From assembly GCA_014729495.1 (NCBI GenBank), contig WJJV01000048.1:1-37271 (forward strand): a stretch of 37,271 nt of DNA, read 5' to 3'. This DNA is from Candidatus Woesearchaeota archaeon (GTDB lineage: Archaea; Nanobdellota; Nanobdellia; Woesearchaeales; UBA12501). Position 1 is the stretch's first letter. Each line of letters opens with the position of its first letter. This document shows positions 26,390 through 33,783 of the stretch, piece after piece. A program made the position numbers and the translations under genes. The notes below the pieces were generated by a model. It did no database searches and was not told the DNA's origin. It was given only the letters and a program-made list of their open reading frames with translations.

Positions 26390-27466
26390 ATGAAAAGAAA
26401 AGCAATTATGATTATCTGCTGCATCATAACATTCCTTGCTATTATCAATGCAGTTAGCGCTGTCATAACCTATTCTGATCTGTTCATCACTATAAAGAGC
26501 ATCGAGAGCAATGATATAATAACATCTCAGCCAGTTGAACTTTATTTTATGAACGTGAATACAGGGACCTCAATAAACCTTAGTGAATACCTCAATGATG
26601 CAGGTCAGTTTGATTACAGGATAAATGTAGGAAAATGGAAGCTTATAGTCAAGCTTGACAAGCCATCGACTCCAGAGATAGACTATTCAGCTGAGAGGAC
26701 ATTTCTTGTAGAGGAGAATAATCCAACAATGTTTGATACCATTTATGTGCACCCTGCGGGTTCCATAGAGGGCAGTGTGGTTTCTCCTGCTGGCAAGCTT
26801 ATAAGTGATGCAGATGTTACTATAAAATGCAAATCATACAGCCAATCCCTCAATACAGACCAGTTCGGCTCTTTCAAACAGGAACTGGTTCCTGTAGGGC
26901 AGTGCAAGGTGCATGCTGCATTTGATGATTTTGTAGGCTCAACTGATGTGAATGTCACAAAAGGGCTCCAGACAAGCATAACTGTCCATCTAAACAAGAA
27001 CCTTTTCTCATCAACAAGAAGATACATATATGTCCTGATAGGGGTGGCTGTTCTTGCAGCAATAGTATTCTTTCTTTTCAGGCTGACCAAGAGGAATATG
27101 TCCATAAAGAAGGTGCCTGAAAAGAAGAAAAATAAGAAAAAGAAGTCTGCTGCAAAGAGATTAACCAAGAATGATCAGGAACCTGTTAAGTCAGAAGATG
27201 CCAAAGAGGAAAAAGAAGAGCTAAATCCCAGGGCAAGAGATATAATAAAGACCCTAAATGAAAGAGAGAAAAAGGTTGTGGATTACCTAATTTCACAGAA
27301 GGATCATAAGAGCACTCAGGCCACTATAAGAAATAACACAGGAATACCCAAGACTTCATTGGCAAGGATATTCCAGTCTCTGGAAAACAAGAAAGTGATA
27401 GAGATTGAAAGCATAGGAAGGCTCAAGAGGATAATATTGACAGATTGGTTTCTTGGTAAGGAATAA
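26390..27466 (+). CDS. Membrane-tethered winged-helix regulator with extracellular beta-sandwich (carboxypeptidase-regulatory-like) domains
   Basis: Signal peptide, GSIEGSVV..ADVTIKC..TDQFGSF, TM YIYVLIGVAVLAAIVFFLF, Lys-rich linker, wHTH LNEREKKVV..TQATIRNNTGIPKTSLARIFQSLE. Confidence 0.8.
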   Translation: MKRKAIMIICCIITFLAIINAVSAVITYSDLFITIKSIESNDIITSQPVELYFMNVNTGTSINLSEYLNDAGQFDYRINVGKWKLIVKLDKPSTPEIDYSAERTFLVEENNPTMFDTIYVHPAGSIEGSVVSPAGKLISDADVTIKCKSYSQSLNTDQFGSFKQELVPVGQCKVHAAFDDFVGSTDVNVTKGLQTSITVHLNKNLFSSTRRYIYVLIGVAVLAAIVFFLFRLTKRNMSIKKVPEKKKNKKKKSAAKRLTKNDQEPVKSEDAKEEKEELNPRARDIIKTLNEREKKVVDYLISQKDHKSTQATIRNNTGIPKTSLARIFQSLENKKVIEIESIGRLKRIILTDWFLGKE

Positions 27467-27560
27467 GGCATTTTTTAATATTCTATTAGTGTGAGGACCT
27501 CTAAATGTCCTTATTTTAGCATATGGGCCGTCAATTACCCTTTTATACATTTAAGGTCCA

Positions 27561-27577
27561 CAAAAGATTTATAAATA
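27561..27577 (+). promoter_or_regulatory. Strong BRE/TATA element with no adjacent gene start
   Basis: CAAAAGA-TTTATAAA at 27561-27575; followed by a hairpin (27616-27638) and T-tracts (27645-27666). Confidence 0.5.
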
Positions 27578-27758
27578 AGGCATTAAATCTAAGTAACTAA
27601 TAGGCTATCTTTAAAGTGCGTGAACCAAAGTTCCGCACGATCTGTTTTTTTGTTTTTTTGTTTTTTCTTGATATATAATATCATGCATTATAGAGAATAC
27701 GCCCTCTTTTACGCAATATACGCAATAATTATATAATATAGGGTCATCAGCATTCTAT

Positions 27759-28394
27759 ATGGAGCTTAGGCTGAAGATCAAAAAGGCTTTTCTTGCAGTT
27801 ATGTGCATTATATTAGTTGCTATTTCAGTACATGGCCTTAGCAACACCATATGGCTTGAAGAAGGTTCTAAAGTATACACAGAGATATATGGGGAGCTGC
27901 ATGAGGTTTATCTGCTTGATGTTTCAAAAGATGGTGAATTATGCGGTTTTGAGGTTGATGGAAATCCTGTATGGATAGAGCTCAAGCAGACAAGAACAAT
28001 CAATGATGTTCTGATAAGCGTGAGAGAGATAGTTGTAGTGCATGAGCAGCTCAAGGATAATGATGTCTGCAAGGTTATCATAGGAGGCGGCATAACAGAG
28101 ATAGTATCAGATAAGGATCTTGTTCTTGAGTCCATTCTTGAGGTAACACCAGATTCAGGAAATAATGCTTCAATAGCAAGTGCAGATAACATCACAGATG
28201 ATACTATTACCAAGAATGATACCTCTCCTGATAACAGATCAGGTGAAGCCAAGAACGCGCATACAGACGTGAATGCAAGTGATAAGTATGACTTTCCTGA
28301 AGGTCAGCAAGCAGGATTACAGCATGGTTTGGATAAGGAAAAGAAAGGATTTCTCAATACAATATTAAGCTGGCTTAAAGCGATTATCCAATGA
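27759..28394 (+). CDS. Secreted hypothetical protein with C-terminal amphipathic helix
   Basis: Signal peptide, beta-rich domain with two Cys, N-x-S/T-rich linker, terminal KKGFLNTILSWLKAIIQ. Confidence 0.75.
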   Translation: MELRLKIKKAFLAVMCIILVAISVHGLSNTIWLEEGSKVYTEIYGELHEVYLLDVSKDGELCGFEVDGNPVWIELKQTRTINDVLISVREIVVVHEQLKDNDVCKVIIGGGITEIVSDKDLVLESILEVTPDSGNNASIASADNITDDTITKNDTSPDNRSGEAKNAHTDVNASDKYDFPEGQQAGLQHGLDKEKKGFLNTILSWLKAIIQ

Positions 28395-29076
28395 TTCTGT
28401 TCATCACTTCTTCCTTTTCTGTATCTATTCCCAGCTTGCTGAAGAACCTGCTTATGTTCCTTGCATCGCGCTCAAGAAGCTCCTTGCTGTTCGCACTTCT
28501 TAGAGGAGATGCCTGCGAGAAGTCAATGATCACAGGAGTTCCATTGTCATTCAGAATATTGAACTCAGAGACATCTCCATGGACAAAACCTGCAGAATAC
28601 AGGCTGGCCAGATTATCCAATAGTCCATTATAGAATTTTTCAGGATTCTTTGGGTGTTTGTCCTTGAGCTGAGGCGCAGGACTGTCTTTCCCTATCATCT
28701 CCATGACAAGTATGTTATCCTTGAACGCTATTGGAGTTGGAACATTCAGGCCAGCTTCCCTTGCCTTAAGCAGATTCCTGAACTCTCTCTGGCACCAGGA
28801 GAATATTATAAGTCTTTTCTTCTTCATGAGACCGAGATATCTGGTGTCATATCTTATGTACTCATACATCTTCCTGAAGTCGCTTGTCTCAAGCCTGTAT
28901 ATCTTGACTATCACCTTGCCTTCGCCTTTCCTGGCTGTGAATATGTTGGCCTCCTTGCCTATTAAAACCGGACTCTCAAGACCTTCAAAATGCCCTTCAG
29001 ACATAAGCTTGAACAGTATCTTCTCTGCATGATCATCAAACACATTCTTCATTGTCTTGAACTTGTCTTTTCTCAT
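28384..29076 (-). CDS. rio1: RIO1-family atypical Ser/Thr kinase
   Basis: IGKEANIF, VKIYR, WCQREFRNL, VHGDVSEFNIL, IIDFSQA. Confidence 0.95.
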   Translation of the reverse strand: MRKDKFKTMKNVFDDHAEKILFKLMSEGHFEGLESPVLIGKEANIFTARKGEGKVIVKIYRLETSDFRKMYEYIRYDTRYLGLMKKKRLIIFSWCQREFRNLLKAREAGLNVPTPIAFKDNILVMEMIGKDSPAPQLKDKHPKNPEKFYNGLLDNLASLYSAGFVHGDVSEFNILNDNGTPVIIDFSQASPLRSANSKELLERDARNISRFFSKLGIDTEKEEVMNRIIG

Positions 29077-29079
29077 ATT

Positions 29080-30009
29080 CTATGCCTGCGCTTTTGCTTC
29101 AGATGGTTTAAGAAGAGATAGTATTGTGCACGTTCCGCACTTGTCTGACCTTGAGGGCTCTCCGCATTCTATGCAGTATTCCTGAACCCCATCTGAGTAT
29201 CTTTTTCTCAGGGCCGCAAGCTCTTTTGAGAATGATATGATTATATTTTGTTTGACTCGAGGCATGTCTTTCTCTATTCTATCAAGCATCTTCCTGATCT
29301 TGTTCCTGTAGGCATCATGCCTGCAGGGACATGGCATGTAGTTGACAGGAAACTCTCTGATCTTAGAATAATTTTCCACATCTTTCTCAGAACACATAGA
29401 CAATGGCTTGACTCTCTGGACAAAATGAGGTCTTCTTGTGCTTGTTCCTGTCTTTGGCCCCACCCTCGCTCCTGTGATAAGATTATTCCTGAGAAGGTTC
29501 ATCATCACTGCCTGGGCCTCATCATCAAGATTGTGTCCTGTTGCGACATAATCAGCTCTGAGTCTCTTTGCTGCCTTGTTGAGGAGGTATCTTCTAAGCA
29601 CTCCGCAGATAGTGCATGATCTCAGCTTAGCTCCTCTGGACTGGAGAATCTGCCTGATGTGGCACAGGGAGCTTCCGAACTCCTTCCTGAATGATATTTC
29701 ATGGAGCTTTACATTGTTCTCCTCGCAGAATCTCTTTAGGTTCTCAAGGTTCTTCTGTGTGTAATTCCCTATCTTTGCATCAACAGTTATGGCCTGCACA
29801 TTGTATCCTCTTTTCTTCAATATGTAAAGAAGAGCTGTTGAATCCTTTCCTCCAGAGCAGGCAACAAGGACCCTGTCCTTTTTTGTGAAAAGCCTGTTTT
29901 TTAATATAGTATCAACTACTTTCTTCTCAAATATCTCAGTGAACTCTTCCTCTGATGCTGATGCCATTCTTTTTGTCTTTGCTGTTCTCTTTGTCTTTGT
30001 TTTTTTCAT
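29080..30009 (-). CDS. tRNA 2-thiolation protein NcsA/TtuA/Ctu1 family (TIGR00269)
   Basis: PP-loop SGGKDS, CTICGVLRRYLLN, TGHNLDDEAQ, RVKPL, CP, C-terminal CxxC..CxxC. Alternative start at ATG 29967. Confidence 0.9.
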   Translation of the reverse strand: MKKTKTKRTAKTKRMASASEEEFTEIFEKKVVDTILKNRLFTKKDRVLVACSGGKDSTALLYILKKRGYNVQAITVDAKIGNYTQKNLENLKRFCEENNVKLHEISFRKEFGSSLCHIRQILQSRGAKLRSCTICGVLRRYLLNKAAKRLRADYVATGHNLDDEAQAVMMNLLRNNLITGARVGPKTGTSTRRPHFVQRVKPLSMCSEKDVENYSKIREFPVNYMPCPCRHDAYRNKIRKMLDRIEKDMPRVKQNIIISFSKELAALRKRYSDGVQEYCIECGEPSRSDKCGTCTILSLLKPSEAKAQA

Positions 30010-30842
30010 TGTCTTATCAGCAGCATCTCCTCTGCTTTCTCTGGGCTTATTCCAACAAGAGGCCTCAGAACAGGCAGGGATGTTCCAATATCTGAGACAT
30101 CTTCAAACTGCTGTCCTGTGATGATAGCTCTGCATCCCTTCTGCTCTGATATCTCATCTGCCTCTGTTATATCTTTTACATGAATGTGCTCTTGCTGGCA
30201 GCCGAATTCTTCCAGCAGACTCTCATCACCATGAGGTGTGCTTTTCAGCATCAGCAGAACAAGGCTGCAACCTCTTTTCATAGCAAGAAGTCCTGCAAGC
30301 ACAGACTCCCTGTTCTCCACCAGAAGACCTGCCTTTCCCTCAATACCTGCTGGAATGCCACCCACACAGGATATCCTTTCTGAGAATACATATGCCCTGT
30401 CTGATATCTCAACTGATATCTCAAGATCAGGCTCCTTGAGCTTTACTTTCTTCCCTGTCTTCTCCACAATCAATGCCCCTATCTCCTTCTCAAGCTCAGG
30501 GCTTGGCTTCAGCTTCTTCTGTGACCTGTGCAGAGATATCCTGAAAGTAGAGAAACCTTTTTCTGACAGTGTCCCTTCTGCTATATCAAGGCATTTATCT
30601 TTTATACTGTCAATATCAGCTTCCACAGAGTATGCTGGACTTATTGACACAAGACCAAAAACTTTCCTTAATCTTCTTAGGGAATCAGCCATATCATCAG
30701 GATATATGAAGACTCTTCCGCGCTGTTTCTTTACTTTTCCTTTTACTGATCTCTTTATATTGTCCTTTAGCTGATTCTCAAAGTCTATCCTGTTCCTGCC
30801 TTTCAGGGCTATCTCTCCGTATCTTGCGAGAATGACTTCCAT
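30006..30842 (-). CDS. ThiI-like THUMP-domain protein with degenerate PP-loop domain
   Basis: ARYGEIALKGRNRIDFE, GGIPAGIEGK, MKRGC, PVLRPLVG. The SGGxDS motif is replaced by VENRES; 278 aa. Confidence 0.85.
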   Translation of the reverse strand: MEVILARYGEIALKGRNRIDFENQLKDNIKRSVKGKVKKQRGRVFIYPDDMADSLRRLRKVFGLVSISPAYSVEADIDSIKDKCLDIAEGTLSEKGFSTFRISLHRSQKKLKPSPELEKEIGALIVEKTGKKVKLKEPDLEISVEISDRAYVFSERISCVGGIPAGIEGKAGLLVENRESVLAGLLAMKRGCSLVLLMLKSTPHGDESLLEEFGCQQEHIHVKDITEADEISEQKGCRAIITGQQFEDVSDIGTSLPVLRPLVGISPEKAEEMLLIRQ

Positions 30843-30857
30843 GAGAAAGATGAAGGC

Positions 30858-31259
30858 TTATGCCTTTTTATGCTTTTCCCTGTAATCCTTTATTGCCTCG
30901 TGCAGTCCCTCTGCTCCGAGTATAGAGCAGTGCATCTTCACAGGAGGCAGCCATCCCAGATGGCCTAGGATGTCCTTGTTTGTTATCTTCTCTGCTTCAT
31001 CAAGGGGCTTTCCTTCTGCAATCACACATAATGCCTCAGAAGAGCTTATTGCTGCGACACAACCAAAGGTCTTGAATCTTATCTCAGATATCTTATTGTC
31101 TTCTACCTTGATGTAGATGTGCATGACATCACCGCAAACAGGATTGCCGACCTTGCCTGTTCCGTCTGGATTCTCTATCTCGCCTACGTGCTTTGGATTC
31201 TGGAAGTAATCCATTGCTCTCTTGCTGTATCCTCCTTGATTATTCTGTATGTTTGCCAT
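30858..31259 (-). CDS. iscU: Fe-S cluster scaffold IscU/NifU
   Basis: GNPVCGD, FKTFGCVAA, LPPVKMHCS: three conserved Cys. Confidence 0.95.
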   Translation of the reverse strand: MANIQNNQGGYSKRAMDYFQNPKHVGEIENPDGTGKVGNPVCGDVMHIYIKVEDNKISEIRFKTFGCVAAISSSEALCVIAEGKPLDEAEKITNKDILGHLGWLPPVKMHCSILGAEGLHEAIKDYREKHKKA

Positions 31260-31295
31260 TTTTACGCATTCCTTATCTATACTTATTGTCTGGAT

Positions 31296-32462
31296 TCACC
31301 ATCCTGAATCTGTCTTTGCCAGAGGACTCATCTTCCTAAGCTTATCTATTATTCCAGGCAGTGTATTGAGGAAGACATCAATCTCCTCCTTTGTCGTGAA
31401 CCTGCTGAGAGTTATCCTCAGGCTTCCGTGAGCATCCTCTGGCTTAATTCCAACTGCCAGCAGCACGTGGCTGGGCTCAAGCGTGTGGGAAGAGCATGCT
31501 GATCCTGTTGAAGTGCATATGCCCTTCTTTGCGTCCAGATACGCCCCTATTGACTCTCCTTCAACATATCTGAATGTCATGTTTATGTTATTGCAGAGTC
31601 TGCTCTCTCCTTCAGCTCCATTGAGCATTGTGTCTGGTATCTTCAAGAGCTCCTGGATAGCATGATCCCTCAGCTTCTTCATCTGCTTTACATGGCTTGA
31701 TTTTGCGAGCTTGACTGCTTTTGCAAAACCTACAGCCCCTGCCACATTCTCTGTGCCTGATCTCCTGTTCCTCTCATGCCCTCCGCCATGAAGCAGAGGA
31801 GTCATGTTGATTCCTTTTCTTATGAACAGTGCTCCGACACCTTTTGGGCCATGTATCTTGTGGCTGTTTATCGTCACAAGGTCAAGATTCTGCTTCTTCA
31901 CATTGAGTTCTGTCTTTGTGTAGCTCTGGCATGCATCTGTGTGGAAGAGCACATTGCGCTTCCTGCAAACATCACCAAGTGCCTTTATATCCTGTATTGT
32001 TCCGATCTCATTGTTTCCATGTATCACTGACACAAGGATCGTCTTTTTTGTGATTGATTTCTCAAGCTGTTTTGGATCAACAAATCCCTCTGAATCAACA
32101 TCAAGGTATGTAACCCTGAATCCCTGTGTTTCAAGCCATTTGCAGGCATTAAGCACGCAGTCATGCTCTATCTTTGTGGTTATGATATGGTCGCCTTTCT
32201 CCTTATTGGCGAATGCTAAGCCTTTTATCGCAAGGTTGTTTGATTCTGTCCCTCCTGATGTGAATATTATCTCATCATGCCTTGCGCCTATTGATTTTGC
32301 TATTGCCTCTCTTGATTCCTCAAGAGCCATCTTTGCCTCCTGCCCCTTGTGGTGGGTTGAAGATGCATTGCCATATCTCTCAGTGAAGTAAGGCCTCATT
32401 GCCTCAACCACCTTTGGATCAACCATTGTTGTCGCTCCATTGTCCAGATATATTGTTTTCAT
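31296..32462 (-). CDS. iscS: Cysteine desulfurase IscS/NifS
   Basis: YLDNGATT, FTSGGTESNN, SHKIHGPKG (PLP Lys), STGSACSS (catalytic Cys). Confidence 0.96.
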   Translation of the reverse strand: MKTIYLDNGATTMVDPKVVEAMRPYFTERYGNASSTHHKGQEAKMALEESREAIAKSIGARHDEIIFTSGGTESNNLAIKGLAFANKEKGDHIITTKIEHDCVLNACKWLETQGFRVTYLDVDSEGFVDPKQLEKSITKKTILVSVIHGNNEIGTIQDIKALGDVCRKRNVLFHTDACQSYTKTELNVKKQNLDLVTINSHKIHGPKGVGALFIRKGINMTPLLHGGGHERNRRSGTENVAGAVGFAKAVKLAKSSHVKQMKKLRDHAIQELLKIPDTMLNGAEGESRLCNNINMTFRYVEGESIGAYLDAKKGICTSTGSACSSHTLEPSHVLLAVGIKPEDAHGSLRITLSRFTTKEEIDVFLNTLPGIIDKLRKMSPLAKTDSGW

Positions 32463-33232
32463 GTCAATACCTCCTTGAAGAATTTTACGAACATCATATT
32501 AATTTTTTCCTTTTCTCCGGGCCTGTCAAAATGATGATTTGCTCCTTCAATAATTTCAAGTTTTACATTTTTTATGCCCTTTGCAAGCCTTTCTGACTGC
32601 TGCAATGGAACACTTAAGTCATTGTCTCCATGCACTATCAGGGTGGTGCAGGATATTTTCCTCGCCTCTTCAAATGCATTTATCTTTTCTCCATCCTCTG
32701 CAAAAGAGTAATTTAGTTTTACAACTATTCCGCTATGGTTATTGAACTCAGCAACCCCCATCTGTTTCCACTCATCATATCCTTCTTCTCCAAGATGCTT
32801 TCTTCTGTTATCTATCATATCAGAAGCAGGAGCTTTCAAACCAAGAGCTGTTATTGTGTTGAATCTTGATGCAGCAAGCGTAGCGCATAATCCTCCAAAG
32901 CTTGTGCCGAACAAAGCGATATTGCCTGCATATTCAAGTGTTTTCACAAAATCAATTGCAGATATAACCTCCTCTGTTCCTTCTGTTATTGTTATATCCT
33001 CAAATCTCCCTTCGCTTTCTCCATGCCCGTAAAAATCAAATCTTAGTGATAGTATGCCTGAATCATATAGCTTTTCAGCCATAAGAGGATATGTTGCACT
33101 GTCCTTGCTGCTCGTAAAACCATGGCAAAGCACAACTAAGGGGTGTTTTTTTGAGGCATCCTCAAGCACAGTTAGCACTCCGCAGAGCCTCTCTCCATGA
33201 TTATTCTTGAAATATACTTTTTCTTCTTTCAT
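32459..33232 (-). CDS. Alpha/beta-fold hydrolase
   Basis: CHGF, RFDFYGHGESEG, GTSFG nucleophile, HGDND, GANH. ATG 33232 preferred over the overlapping 33310. Confidence 0.9.
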   Translation of the reverse strand: MKEEKVYFKNNHGERLCGVLTVLEDASKKHPLVVLCHGFTSSKDSATYPLMAEKLYDSGILSLRFDFYGHGESEGRFEDITITEGTEEVISAIDFVKTLEYAGNIALFGTSFGGLCATLAASRFNTITALGLKAPASDMIDNRRKHLGEEGYDEWKQMGVAEFNNHSGIVVKLNYSFAEDGEKINAFEEARKISCTTLIVHGDNDLSVPLQQSERLAKGIKNVKLEIIEGANHHFDRPGEKEKINMMFVKFFKEVLT

Positions 33233-33263
33233 TTTTATTGCTTTGTTCTCCGGATTATATCTT

Positions 33264-33632
33264 TCACTCTGCCTCAAGGCATGCCTCGCACTTCTGGGGC
33301 ATCCTTCCAAACCTGTAATGCACCTTGCAGAGGGTCTTGCTCTTCTTCACAACCTTGAGCAGCCTCTGCATCTCGCATATGAGCATATCACTGTTATTTA
33401 TTATCCTGTCTGCTGAATTCCGGATCTCTGCCATGGTCTCTGGCTTGAAATCAACTTCCTTTGCCCTCTTCTGCTTGAGGTACTGGCTTACAGCAGCGCC
33501 TGTTATGCCAAGCAGTTCAGCAACCCTTTTCTGTTTTAGGCCCCTGACTGCCATTGCCTTTGCCAGCTCCCTCCTTATTGAGGGGATGATATACCAAACC
33601 TCTATCTCCTGGGGCATATACTGCTTTTTCAT
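33264..33632 (-). CDS. HTH transcriptional regulator (COG2522-like) with C-terminal CxxH..CxxC
   Basis: PQEIEVWYIIPSIRRELAK, LKQKRVAELLGITGAAVSQYLKQKR, LCKVH..CEAC. Confidence 0.88.
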   Translation of the reverse strand: MKKQYMPQEIEVWYIIPSIRRELAKAMAVRGLKQKRVAELLGITGAAVSQYLKQKRAKEVDFKPETMAEIRNSADRIINNSDMLICEMQRLLKVVKKSKTLCKVHYRFGRMPQKCEACLEAE

Positions 33633-33660
33633 TGTTTTGGCCTCTGTTAGTCAGAAAACA

Positions 33661-33695
33661 ATAATATTAACAATAGTTAAGTTATTATATATAAA
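33661..33695 (-). promoter_or_regulatory. TATA box plus overlapping palindromic operator for the Fe-S/thiolation operon
   Basis: Minus-strand TTTATATA (33695-33688). TTAAC-N4-GTTAA at 33667-33680, extended by ATAATA/TATTAT. Confidence 0.55.
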
Positions 33696-33783
33696 TATTT
33701 GGTTTTTGAAAGAATATCAGAATAAAACGAAACATTTAAATATGAATATTCTATTGCGTAGTAATAAATAGGGGTTATTCATA

